DNA of 64,000 bases from contig JAUYKZ010000001.1 of NCBI GenBank assembly GCA_030704845.1, forward strand, positions 621 to 64,620. The letters are read 5' to 3'. A program made the translations under genes and the position numbers. Below the pieces are notes generated by a model, which worked only from the letters and a program-made list of their open reading frames with translations, did no database searches and was not told where the DNA came from. Origin of the DNA: an archaeon. Lineage in GTDB: Archaea; Nanobdellota; Nanobdellia; Woesearchaeales; GW2011-AR9. This document shows, one piece after another, positions 37,257-46,336 of the stretch; the stretch's first letter is position 1; the number at the start of each line of letters is the position of its first letter.

Positions 37257-37427
37257 TTACAAATCTCTACTCATCACAGTCCTTCTACCATTATCTTTCG
37301 CTCTTTTAACGGCAGCAAGAATTAATTCTTTGGTTTTCTGATCAACGACATCCATGAAATCTGCTGACATATTATCCACCCCGGCTTCTTTAAGGATATC
37401 TTTAACTTGTGTTCTTACGGTAATCAT
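37257..37427 (-). CDS. Short histone-fold protein (56 aa, not in ORF track)
   Basis: MITVRTQVKDILKEAGVDNMSADFMDVVDQKTKELILAAVKRAKDNGRRTVMSRDL, with the RxTxxxxD histone signature. Confidence 0.85.
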   Translation of the reverse strand: MITVRTQVKDILKEAGVDNMSADFMDVVDQKTKELILAAVKRAKDNGRRTVMSRDL

Positions 37428-37547
37428 AATTTAAGTGCGGGGAATATAGTTTTTAAAGGTTATGGTCGTTTTACTAATTGGTTATTTACTCCATTCTAAT
37501 ACCCCGCAATAACAAAGTTTATAAAAAATCTTTTTACTAATGGTCTT

Positions 37548-37955
37548 ATGGTTGAATCAATATTCCTAAAAATTGCAAGAAAAGAAATTCCCGTCCATAT
37601 AATCTATGAAGATGAAAATTGTCTTTCATTCCTGGATGTTAAACCGCATGTAAAGGGACATACTTTGGTTATCCCTAAAAAAGAGGGGGTAACTATTTTT
37701 GATTTTGAGGAAGAAACTTTAAAAAATTTGATGATTGCTGTTAGAAATACCATGGCAAAACTGCAAGAAGTTCTTTCTCCAGATGGTTTTAATGTTGGCT
37801 GGAATCATAACACAGCTGGCGGACAAGTAGTTCCTCATCTTCATGTTCACATCATGCCTCGCTGGCAAGGGGACGGTGGTGGTAGCATGCATTCTATAGT
37901 AAGTAATCCGGGAGAATTAAGTGTGGATGAAGTTGCAGAGTTATTCAAGATTTAG
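37548..37955 (+). CDS. HIT family nucleotide hydrolase
   Basis: GHTLVIPK and GQVVPHLHVHIMPR. Confidence 0.93.
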   Translation: MVESIFLKIARKEIPVHIIYEDENCLSFLDVKPHVKGHTLVIPKKEGVTIFDFEEETLKNLMIAVRNTMAKLQEVLSPDGFNVGWNHNTAGGQVVPHLHVHIMPRWQGDGGGSMHSIVSNPGELSVDEVAELFKI

Positions 37956-38183
37956 ATATTCTTTTATTTTCTTAACCAATTCAGAAGAATTTTCATCTGC
38001 TAGAATTTTCATCAATGGAGATAAGACTTCAACATATGGGCTATCTTTGCATTCTAAATTACATCTACCTAAACAACCATAAATAGAAACTTTTACTTTG
38101 CCATCCTTAATAAATTCTTCATAAATACTAGGGCCAAATCTTTCGCAATTAGTATAACACAAATTAATTTCGGGAAGAGTCAT
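37941..38183 (-). CDS. Thioredoxin-like [2Fe-2S]/DUF1450-like small protein
   Basis: CYTNC and GCLGRC...C..SPYV motifs. Confidence 0.6.
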   Translation of the reverse strand: MTLPEINLCYTNCERFGPSIYEEFIKDGKVKVSIYGCLGRCNLECKDSPYVEVLSPLMKILADENSSELVKKIKEYLNLE

Positions 38184-38272
38184 ATGGCAATTATAATCTT
38201 GTGTTTTTGATAAACCTATTTGTTCAGAAGCGATAGCTTTTTATAAGAACCGGCATATTTTTGCCTTGGAAT

Positions 38273-38440
38273 GGCGATGTAGCTAAGCCTGGCAGCGAGA
38301 AAGCAGAGCTTTCTAAGTTTCCCTGCTTTCGCTGGGAAATTATAGCGCAACGCTCATATATATTGAGCGATGAGACATTATATGTCGATGACTAGCTTTG
38401 GGCAACGTTGAGGTCGCGTGTTCAAATCACGCCATCGCCA
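38273..38440 (+). tRNA. tRNA with CAT anticodon (elongator Met most likely; Ile2 not excluded), with D-loop and 37/38 introns
   Basis: Acceptor GGCGATG/CATCGCC, anticodon stem CAACG/CGTTG with CTCATA|A, T-arm GCGTG-TTCAAAT-CACGC. Inserts at about 38295-38342 and 38359-38404. Confidence 0.85.
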
Positions 38441-38449
38441 CTTCCTTAC

Positions 38450-38551
38450 GCCAACGTGGCACAACTCGGTACTGCGCAAGCCTGGAACTCAGGAAAGTAT
38501 CAGCGAGCTTGTTTCCTTCGGGATATCCCGGTTCAAATCCGGGCGTTGGCG
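38450..38551 (+). tRNA. tRNA-Ser(GGA) with 18-nt 37/38 intron (38488-38505)
   Basis: Acceptor GCCAACG/CGTTGGC, CAAGC-CTGGAA|A-GCTTG, long variable arm, CCCGG-TTCAAAT-CCGGG. Confidence 0.9.
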
Positions 38552-38617
38552 CTCCTTTTTCTTCGAAAAATTAGATAAAACCGCAACTTTTTTAAACAAC
38601 TGATATTCCTTAAACAC

Positions 38618-38953
38618 ATGTTTTTCAGAACTCTCGGAACGCTGGATTTCATCACAGTTCTAATTCTGCTTGGAGCAGCCCTTCTTCCAGAGAAGTTATT
38701 ACTTTTAGCGGCATTTTATTTAGTTGTGAAAGGCGCCACATTTGCATATAGTTCCAGTGACTGGGCAAGTTATGGTGATCTAATCAGCGGGTGTTACCTA
38801 TTCCTTTTTTCTTTAGGAATCGAAATTCCAGTAGTACATACCATTATTATTCTATATTTAATTCAGAAAACAATGTTGACATTTATTGCACTGGGTGTGA
38901 AAGCTAGCTTATACTATCATCACCATAACAAACGTAAAAATTTCATCAATTAA
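38618..38953 (+). CDS. Small membrane protein
   Basis: Hydrophobic 111-aa ORF with TATA-like element upstream. Confidence 0.65.
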   Translation: MFFRTLGTLDFITVLILLGAALLPEKLLLLAAFYLVVKGATFAYSSSDWASYGDLISGCYLFLFSLGIEIPVVHTIIILYLIQKTMLTFIALGVKASLYYHHHNKRKNFIN

Positions 38954-38982
38954 TTTTAAATATATCTTCTACGGGTATAATC

Positions 38983-39102
38983 ATGACTAATTTGAAAAAA
39001 GATAGAACAATTAAGCGTAATCCATTAGATGATGTTCTAGAAACATTAGAAGAATATTCTGAAGGAGTTTCTTCAGAAGATTTAATGTCATCTGGGGAAT
39101 AA
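38983..39102 (+). CDS. Small hypothetical protein (39 aa, not in ORF track)
   Basis: MTNLKKDRTIKRNPLDDVLETLEEYSEGVSSEDLMSSGE, with TTTAAATA upstream. Confidence 0.45.
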   Translation: MTNLKKDRTIKRNPLDDVLETLEEYSEGVSSEDLMSSGE

Positions 39103-39103
39103 G

Positions 39104-39226
39104 ATGGAAATTATTAAAAAAGAATTTAAAGTTAGTTGTTGCAAATCTTATTTAACATCTAAAGGGAGATGTTATTCTTGTCCTGAACAAGATTTAGATC
39201 AAGACCCTGATGAAGAAAAATGGTAA
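39104..39226 (+). CDS. Small Cys-rich protein (40 aa, not in ORF track)
   Basis: CCKSY...RCYSCP motif. Overlaps the xth start. Confidence 0.55.
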   Translation: MEIIKKEFKVSCCKSYLTSKGRCYSCPEQDLDQDPDEEKW

Positions 39227-39978
39227 TCAAATTAATTTCATGGAACGTGAACGGAATTCGCGCAATTCTTAATAAGAATTTCAAGGAATATGTCCTGAAA
39301 GAAAATCCGGATATTCTTTGTTTGCAGGAAACCAAAGCTCATCCTGATCAAGTGGATAAAATCTTAGATGAGTATGAACACCATTTCTGGAATTCAGCAG
39401 AAAAAAAAGGTTACTCCGGCACAGCAATCTTCAGTAAAATAAAACCAATTTCTGTAAAGTACGGCGATGGGCCGATGGAAGATAATGAAGGTAGAGTTAT
39501 CACGATTGAATTTGAAGAATTTATTTTAGTTACTGTTTATACCCCTAATTCTGGGCAGGAACTTAAACGACTTAGTTATCGTAAAGAATGGGATAAAAAG
39601 TTTTTAATCTTCCTGAAAGAACTTGAAAAAAATAAACCGGTTGTTGTCTGTGGTGATCTAAATGTGGCTCACACTAATATTGATTTAGCAAATCCGAAAA
39701 GTAATTACAACAAAACTGCCGGTTACACTCAAGATGAAATTGATGGGTTGGAACGATACTTTAAATCGGGGTTTATTGATTCATTTAGGGAATTTAACAA
39801 AGAACCAGGAAATTATAGTTATTGGAGTTATCGTTTCAGTGCCAGAAAGAAAAATATTGGTTGGCGGATAGATTATTTTTTGACATCTTCTTCATTAAAA
39901 AATAAATTAAAAGAAGCATTCATTCGTAAGGATGTTCAAGGTTCGGATCATTGCCCGGTGGGAATAATCCTAAAATAA
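39220..39978 (+). CDS. xth: Exodeoxyribonuclease III / AP endonuclease
   Basis: SWNVNG, LQETK, GDLNVAH, GWRIDY and GSDHCP. Confidence 0.95.
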   Translation: MVIKLISWNVNGIRAILNKNFKEYVLKENPDILCLQETKAHPDQVDKILDEYEHHFWNSAEKKGYSGTAIFSKIKPISVKYGDGPMEDNEGRVITIEFEEFILVTVYTPNSGQELKRLSYRKEWDKKFLIFLKELEKNKPVVVCGDLNVAHTNIDLANPKSNYNKTAGYTQDEIDGLERYFKSGFIDSFREFNKEPGNYSYWSYRFSARKKNIGWRIDYFLTSSSLKNKLKEAFIRKDVQGSDHCPVGIILK

Positions 39979-39998
39979 TCTTAAAATAATTGTATTTA

Positions 39999-40604
39999 CT
40001 AAATTTCTTTATTGTCTTGAATTTTCAATCTGTTCAATAATTCTTCTGCTCTCTCTTTATCCAAGTCATATATCATTGCCAAATATTTTTTTGCTAAAAT
40101 TATACTTTCTTTGCATTCAGAACTACACGGGAAATGTGATAATAAAACCAAATCTTGATCTCTTCTAGTAATATTTGTCCAAGCATTTGTTGGTTGATGA
40201 ATGGGGTTAGGATTTTCTGAAGTGAAATTTTTGGTAAAATAATCTATGCAGCATGACGGGTATCCCAATAATTTTCCCAATTCTTCATGATTTTCTACCA
40301 GTTCATAATATGCTGCCAATAAAGATTTTTCTTCATTTTTTGAGATATAAATAAAATACATCCCTGGACGTTTATCCTTTTCTAAAATTCTAATTCCCTT
40401 GTTAGAATATGCTGTATCCTCTGCAAGTAAAACTTTAAATTTTGATTTCACATAATGTAGATTTTGTTTTTCACAGAATTTGATGACGCTAGGTAATTCT
40501 GATTCATAGAAACCATGTCTAACGACGTTTTTAAGATTGTGTTGTAACAGAAGTATCTCTTGAACTTTCGTGTGAGAGCCGAAAACTTGCAGAAGTTTAT
40601 TCAT
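39999..40604 (-). CDS. DUF483-like archaeal protein
   Basis: LGKLLGYPSCC and HFPCS..C motifs. Confidence 0.65.
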   Translation of the reverse strand: MNKLLQVFGSHTKVQEILLLQHNLKNVVRHGFYESELPSVIKFCEKQNLHYVKSKFKVLLAEDTAYSNKGIRILEKDKRPGMYFIYISKNEEKSLLAAYYELVENHEELGKLLGYPSCCIDYFTKNFTSENPNPIHQPTNAWTNITRRDQDLVLLSHFPCSSECKESIILAKKYLAMIYDLDKERAEELLNRLKIQDNKEI

Positions 40605-40633
40605 TAGTAATTAAGAATGAAGAGTTCCTTATA

Positions 40634-41413
40634 TTAATTGTGGGTTTTGTTTCCAACAATCTCTCGGTAAACTTCCCACGCACTTTTTTGTTCCATCTTT
40701 TTGATTACTCTAGAGAAAGCCACATCATGTAATCCGTTATGGGCTGGATTCTCTAAAACAATTGCGTCTTGCAGATTAGCAATATTATTTTCTTTAATGA
40801 CTTTCATCCAAGCAAAAGAGAATGCATACGCTTTAGCTTCTTCATCACGAGAATCATCTAACGGTTGAGTTAGAACATGTCCCAACTCGTGACCTAAAGT
40901 AAGCATGACTCTTCCTAATGAACCTTCGGGAATGAAAACTTCTGAAAGAAGTCCATGTTTAGTTCTATTTATGGATAATCCTACCACACTTGGAGTGGGA
41001 GCAATTTTTTTGAATTCCTCTGGTTTACAGATACTAATTTTAATATTGCCGGGGAGAGTTTTTCCAAAAATCTTTTCGAATGCATTTTCAATGTGAGGTC
41101 TAATTTCTTCAGCCTTACCTACAAATATTCCTTCTTTCCCAGGGATCAGAAATTGTTCGGGTAAGAAATGGTATTCCGATTTTGTTGGAAATAAATCATA
41201 CAATACTTGCTGCTGTAAATGGTATTTATTTTCCGTTTGATCATTAGAATAAGAAAACGGAATCGTTGGTGTAAACAGGCTATACGGTCGAAAAGAATCT
41301 TGTTGTGCTGGGTGATAAGAAGCTGTAGAATGTGCGATGTATTCTAATCTACTTTCTACCTCTGTTCTTTGTTCGTACAATCTTCCGGTCGTATATCTTG
41401 TCCCTGAATACAT
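40634..41413 (-). CDS. HExxH zinc-metallopeptidase-like protein
   Basis: TLGHELGH followed by EEAKAYAFS. Confidence 0.65.
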   Translation of the reverse strand: MYSGTRYTTGRLYEQRTEVESRLEYIAHSTASYHPAQQDSFRPYSLFTPTIPFSYSNDQTENKYHLQQQVLYDLFPTKSEYHFLPEQFLIPGKEGIFVGKAEEIRPHIENAFEKIFGKTLPGNIKISICKPEEFKKIAPTPSVVGLSINRTKHGLLSEVFIPEGSLGRVMLTLGHELGHVLTQPLDDSRDEEAKAYAFSFAWMKVIKENNIANLQDAIVLENPAHNGLHDVAFSRVIKKMEQKSAWEVYREIVGNKTHN

Positions 41414-41498
41414 TTTGGTGCCATTCTCATCCTCAGCCTACTTCGATTATCCCATGATGGGATTTTATAAAGTTCTTCATTGGATCTTGAGGGTAAAG

Positions 41499-41658
41499 CG
41501 GACCCGGGAGGACTTTCCCAGTCTCTCTAGGAGATCTGTTTTGAACCCCCGACCTACAGCTCTCTTCCATATTGGTAGGAGGCTGTCGCCCTATTTGGCT
41601 CACGCCTAATTCTCTCTTTTGGAGAGAATTATAGGTATCCAGTCTAGGCTACGGGTCC
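41499..41658 (-). tRNA. tRNA-Arg(CCT) with three introns (D-loop ~41593-41636, 37/38 41562-41575, 59/60 41513-41539)
   Basis: Minus strand reads GGACCCG-TA-GCCT-AGACTGGAT[insert]AGGGC-G-ACAGC-CTCCTA[insert]A-GCTGT-AGGTC-GGGGG-TTCAAA[insert]T-CCTCC-CGGGTCC-G. Confidence 0.85.
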
Positions 41659-41716
41659 TTGAAAGCTCGGAAATGACTCTGCTTTTTATACTTTGGGGAG
41701 AAATATCCGATTATAT

Positions 41717-42169
41717 TTAGTTAGAATGTATTACAATTAATGACTGAGTTTTTTCAATACCTTCAATTTGTTGCAATTTACTTAATAGGACTTTATCAAA
41801 TTCTTCTACATCTTTAACTCTAACTAAAGCTATTAAATCTGTGCCACCCGAAACGATATCTACTTTCTCCACGAAATCATATTTTCCAACTTCTTTTGCA
41901 ATATCATACTGGGTCTTCTTTTTTTGTTTTAATAACGGCAAGTTTACAGAGATTAAAATGTATGAAGAAAATCCCTTATCAATTTTTTTATTATCCAACT
42001 CAATTGTATATCTAGTGATTACTTTCTCTTTCTTTAATTTTTGGATTCTGTGGTGGATTGTAGTTATCGGTAGCAATGTCTTTTTTGCGATTTGCCTAGT
42101 AGTATAATCGCCATGTTCTTTAAGGACTTCTAAGATTTTTTTATCTTTCTCGTCTATTGTTATTGGCAT
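41717..42169 (-). CDS. Lrp/AsnC family transcriptional regulator
   Basis: IDEKDKKILEVL, HTH and VSGGTDL effector domain. Divergent from asnA. Confidence 0.9.
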   Translation of the reverse strand: MPITIDEKDKKILEVLKEHGDYTTRQIAKKTLLPITTIHHRIQKLKKEKVITRYTIELDNKKIDKGFSSYILISVNLPLLKQKKKTQYDIAKEVGKYDFVEKVDIVSGGTDLIALVRVKDVEEFDKVLLSKLQQIEGIEKTQSLIVIHSN

Positions 42170-42309
42170 GGTTGAACAGATGTTCCATTTATTATATAAA
42201 TCTTGCTATTTTTTGTGTTTTTTTCCACTATTTGTGGGGTATTTATTAATATTAGCAGACTTTACACTGGTGATAATCAAGATGAATCTTGATCTTGGAG
42301 GAAAATAAA

Positions 42310-43380
42310 ATGACATTAACAGATCAAATAGAACACTCAACACAAACACAACGCATGTACGTATTTCCAGAAGGTTATACTCCTAAATTAGATTACTTCC
42401 AAACTGCAGAAGGAATTAAATTAATCAAAGATACTTTTGCTGGTGAACTGGCAGACAGATTAACTTTACAAAGAGTGACTGCTCCAAGATTTTTGATTGT
42501 CGGAACCGGATTACAGGATGATCTTGCGGGAACGCAAGTGCCGGTAAGTTTTCAGACTAAATTTTCTGATCAACCTGTCGAAGTTGTTCATAGCTTAGCT
42601 AAATGGAAAAGACAAACTTTAGGTAAATATAGGTTTCCTCACGGAACTGGTTTGTATACTGATATGGATGCTATAAGAAAAGATGAAGATGTAAGTCCAA
42701 TTCATAGCGTTTACGTAGATCAATGGGATTGGGAAAAAGTTATCTCGACTGAAGAAAGAACTTTACCATTTTTGCGAAGTATTGTAGATGGAATTTATCA
42801 AGCTTATCGGGAAACGGAAAAAGTTATTGCCAAAAGATTTCCGGAATTGAAAACTAGATTGCCAAAAGACATCGCTTTTATTCATTCTGAAGATCTAGAA
42901 AGAAGATTCCCAGAATTTACCCCAAAGGAAAGAGAAGATTTAGCTGCAAAAGAATATGGAGCTTTCTTTTTAGTCGGAATTGGTCATCCGTTAAAATCTG
43001 GACAACCACATGATTTAAGAGCTGCCGATTATGACGACTGGTCTGCCCAGACTGAATATGGCCGAGGTTTAAATGGTGATATTATTGTTTGGGATGATGT
43101 TCGAAAGAAATCATTGGAATTGTCTTCAATGGGAATCAGAGTAAATGCCGAATCTTTAAGCAGACAATTGGAGATGGCTGGATTGACAGAAAGAAAAAAC
43201 CTTGATTTTCATAAAGGAATCCTGGAAGACCGGATACCCTTATCCGTCGGCGGAGGGATAGGTCAATCTAGAACTTGTATGTATCTATTGCAGAAAGCCC
43301 ATATTGGAGAAGTTCAATCCAGTGTCTGGCCAAAGGAAGTTGAAGAAGAATTTGTGAGGAGAGAAGTGCCTCTTCTTTAA
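42310..43380 (+). CDS. asnA: Aspartate-ammonia ligase (asparagine synthetase A, bacterial type)
   Basis: VVHSLAKWKR, HSVYVDQWDWE, RAADYDDW, ELSSMGIRV and GGGIGQSR. Confidence 0.96.
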   Translation: MTLTDQIEHSTQTQRMYVFPEGYTPKLDYFQTAEGIKLIKDTFAGELADRLTLQRVTAPRFLIVGTGLQDDLAGTQVPVSFQTKFSDQPVEVVHSLAKWKRQTLGKYRFPHGTGLYTDMDAIRKDEDVSPIHSVYVDQWDWEKVISTEERTLPFLRSIVDGIYQAYRETEKVIAKRFPELKTRLPKDIAFIHSEDLERRFPEFTPKEREDLAAKEYGAFFLVGIGHPLKSGQPHDLRAADYDDWSAQTEYGRGLNGDIIVWDDVRKKSLELSSMGIRVNAESLSRQLEMAGLTERKNLDFHKGILEDRIPLSVGGGIGQSRTCMYLLQKAHIGEVQSSVWPKEVEEEFVRREVPLL

Positions 43381-43422
43381 TTGAATAGAACACTTAAAGT
43401 ATGAAATAAAATTATAACTAAA

Positions 43423-44088
43423 ATGATACCCTCATATGTTTATGAACAAGCTAGAAAACTAGATATACCCCTTAAAACAGTTTATTTATCAGTAAGCACA
43501 GATACTTGTAATGAAAAAATTGAAGCACTAAGAAAAATAGATCCTAACCAACATTGGAACTTGTATCAAGTTGTGAAATCGGTCTATGTTTTGGTTGATT
43601 GGGATCCGTTCATCTTTGTTTTTCCAGAATTAACAACCAGATTTAATGGAAAAAGGAAACGGGTAAGTGGAGGAACTTTAAGAGCAAGAAGATCACTTTC
43701 GCATATAGGCAGAATCGATAAAGACCTGGTGTCTAAATTATTTGATCAGAAAGGATTGACCTATAAAGATCCAACTCCTTATGTTGGTGCTGACGGCATT
43801 CCAGATTCAATGGAATATGGAACCTGCACCCCATTCATATCCCCATTTGAAATGGAAAGATTAAATTATATTTCACCGGTTCCAGTTAAAGGAATATTTA
43901 TCCACGATGATTCCAGACTGGATAATCTTGTTGCTGACATTTCAATTGGAGGAAAAGGCGAAGAAGCTCACAAAGTTTCAATGCACTTGCCTTATCATGG
44001 AATTTATGATATTCTTAAAGCTGAGTTTGGAGATAAGGTCCATAAAATAAAAATATGGGGGAAATATTGTCTTACTGGCAAGGAATAA
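43423..44088 (+). CDS. Divergent YbaK/ProX-like aminoacyl-tRNA editing domain protein
   Basis: VVKSVY Lys motif, GTCTP (GxxxP loop) and DISIGG. Lies between asnA and asnS. Confidence 0.5.
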   Translation: MIPSYVYEQARKLDIPLKTVYLSVSTDTCNEKIEALRKIDPNQHWNLYQVVKSVYVLVDWDPFIFVFPELTTRFNGKRKRVSGGTLRARRSLSHIGRIDKDLVSKLFDQKGLTYKDPTPYVGADGIPDSMEYGTCTPFISPFEMERLNYISPVPVKGIFIHDDSRLDNLVADISIGGKGEEAHKVSMHLPYHGIYDILKAEFGDKVHKIKIWGKYCLTGKE

Positions 44089-44150
44089 TTTGAGCTAACC
44101 TTTCCTACGGCAAGGAAATCTTTTTAAACGTATCAAGACTTTAAGGGATA

Positions 44151-45497
44151 ATGGCGAAAACAATTGCAAACCAAAAGACGAAAACAACGGCTAAATCCCC
44201 CAAATTTGTCTCAATTCAGGAAGCGATAAATGCTGGTGACGGGAAAACTGTATCTATTCGTGGCTGGGTTTATCGAGAAAGGGGTAGTAACAAATTCAAA
44301 TTCGTCGTATTAAGAGATTCCTCAAACATAATCCAATGTATCTTTGATCGGAAAGATTTTGAAAAATCTTGGGAAGAAATTGATCAATTACAAGTTGAAT
44401 GTTCATTACATCTTACTGGAACAATATCTAAAGATGAAAGAGCACCAACTGGTTTTGAACTTCACGTTACAAAATATGAATTAATCGGTAAAAGTGACAG
44501 TTATCCGATAACAAAAGATCAATCTGTAGAATTTCTTGCCGATAACAGGCATCTATGGCTTAGAAGTAGAAGGATGACTTCTATCTTAAAAATTAGATCA
44601 ACTGTTTTTGGAGCAATTGATGAATATTTTAAAGGGGAAGGATTCTATGAATATCATTCTCCTATTTTCCAAGCAGTACAATGTGAAGGTGGAGCTGAAT
44701 TATTCAGCGTAGATTATTTTGGCAAGAAAGACGTTTTCCTTGGTCAAACCTGGCAACTTTATGCCGAACCAGCAATTTTTGCTTTAGAAAAGATTTATAC
44801 CATCTCGCCAAGTTTCCGTGCAGAAAAATCTAAAACTTCAAGACATCTTACAGAATACTGGCACGCTGAAATGGAAATGGCCTGGGCAGATTTTGATGAC
44901 ATCATGGATCATGGAGAAAAACTACTCAAACATATTGTTAAAACAGTTCTCGCGACAAATTTTGAAGAACTTAAACTTCTTGAAAGAGACATTTCAAAAT
45001 TGAAACCAATTGTGGAAAAACCATTTATTAGAATGACCTACGATGATGCATTGAAAATTCTTAAAGATAAATGTAAAATGAAAGTAGAATGGGGAAAGGA
45101 TTTACGGACAATTGAAGAAGAAGAACTCACTAAACTTTATGATGTTCCAGTAATCTGCACAAGATACCCTAAAAAAGTTAAAGCTTTTTACATGACGGAA
45201 GATCCTAAAAACCCGGATGTTGTTTTGGGCTGTGATTTCCTTGCTCCAGAAGGATATGGTGAAATTATTGGTGGTTCTCATCGAGAAGCTGATTTGGAAA
45301 AAGTTAAGCAACGCCTTATTGATGACGGAGAAGATCCTATCGAATACGAATTCTATTTAGATACTAGAAGATACGGAAGTGTTCCACATGGTGGATTTGG
45401 AATGGGAGTTGAAAGAGTAGTTCGTTGGATTTGTGGTCTTGAGAATATTAAAGATGCAATACCTTTCCCGAGAACAATGGAACGATACAAACCATAA
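44151..45497 (+). CDS. asnS: Asparaginyl-tRNA synthetase
   Basis: OB-fold RGWV, RHLWLR, FRAEKSKTSRHLTE, GEIIGGS and YGSVPHGGFGMGVER. Confidence 0.92.
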   Translation: MAKTIANQKTKTTAKSPKFVSIQEAINAGDGKTVSIRGWVYRERGSNKFKFVVLRDSSNIIQCIFDRKDFEKSWEEIDQLQVECSLHLTGTISKDERAPTGFELHVTKYELIGKSDSYPITKDQSVEFLADNRHLWLRSRRMTSILKIRSTVFGAIDEYFKGEGFYEYHSPIFQAVQCEGGAELFSVDYFGKKDVFLGQTWQLYAEPAIFALEKIYTISPSFRAEKSKTSRHLTEYWHAEMEMAWADFDDIMDHGEKLLKHIVKTVLATNFEELKLLERDISKLKPIVEKPFIRMTYDDALKILKDKCKMKVEWGKDLRTIEEEELTKLYDVPVICTRYPKKVKAFYMTEDPKNPDVVLGCDFLAPEGYGEIIGGSHREADLEKVKQRLIDDGEDPIEYEFYLDTRRYGSVPHGGFGMGVERVVRWICGLENIKDAIPFPRTMERYKP

Positions 45498-45540
45498 TAA
45501 ATATTGACTGTTTTAATCTTCTTAAAGTGTTTCTTACTCA

Positions 45541-46251
45541 CTATTTAGATATTTTCCATAAAATATTAAAATATTCGGTTTGTGCTTTAGCTAGTTGATT
45601 ATTTTCAATGCTTACTGCAAAGTATGGTTCTTTCCAAATGAAGAATATTACTTTATTTTTATAAATTAGGGTTGTGACTGGAGAAAGTAGTTTTTTGTCT
45701 AAGTGCTTATATTCCCCATTTTTTAACTTTATAAACTTTGCATTCTTTTCTACAATTGCTATCTCTTTGGCTTTAAATTCATCTAGTTTTAGTATTGCTT
45801 GCTCATTGAAATATCCAAGAATTTCTTCATATTCTTTTCTGATGCCGATAACCCGGTATTCTTCGGCATTATTGACAATATCTCTTCCAACAGATTTTAA
45901 TCCTTCTTTTCCATAAAATAATTCGCATTTTACAACTTCCGGATTTTGATTAGATATCTTTTTTAATTCAGGCAGAATACTTTCCAATGAGGAGTATTTT
46001 TCTTTGAAGTAAAACAATAACTTCTCTGGAGATAAAGCACTAAAATGCTTTGCTTTATTCTTTATATAAAATGAAATAATGCCTCTTCTAATTAGTCTTT
46101 CTAATAGGTCATAAGTAGTTGTTCTGTCAATACCAGTTTCTTTTGAAATTTTGAGTGCGGGAGAATCACTTAGTTTTAAAAGTGCCAGGTAGATTTTTAT
46201 CTCCCTTTCATCGAATTCCAAATCTTTCAAAATTTCAACTATTTTGTTCAT
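45541..46251 (-). CDS. TrmB family transcriptional regulator
   Basis: EIKIYLALL...IDRTTTYDLLERLIRRG HTH and YGKEGLK. Confidence 0.88.
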   Translation of the reverse strand: MNKIVEILKDLEFDEREIKIYLALLKLSDSPALKISKETGIDRTTTYDLLERLIRRGIISFYIKNKAKHFSALSPEKLLFYFKEKYSSLESILPELKKISNQNPEVVKCELFYGKEGLKSVGRDIVNNAEEYRVIGIRKEYEEILGYFNEQAILKLDEFKAKEIAIVEKNAKFIKLKNGEYKHLDKKLLSPVTTLIYKNKVIFFIWKEPYFAVSIENNQLAKAQTEYFNILWKISK

Positions 46252-46336
46252 GTATGGTCGATAGTAGTTATTGTATTTAAGTGTTGTGGGAATTCTACAA
46301 CACGGGTTAATATTCTACCTGTATTTTCATTAGAAT

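Noticed and set aside
38418-38603. 61-aa ORF
   Set aside because: It overlaps two tRNA genes and is spurious.
41337-41609. 90-aa ORF, or SRP/RNase P RNA, in a GC-richer patch
   Set aside because: The patch is fully explained by the minus-strand triple-intron tRNA-Arg(CCT).
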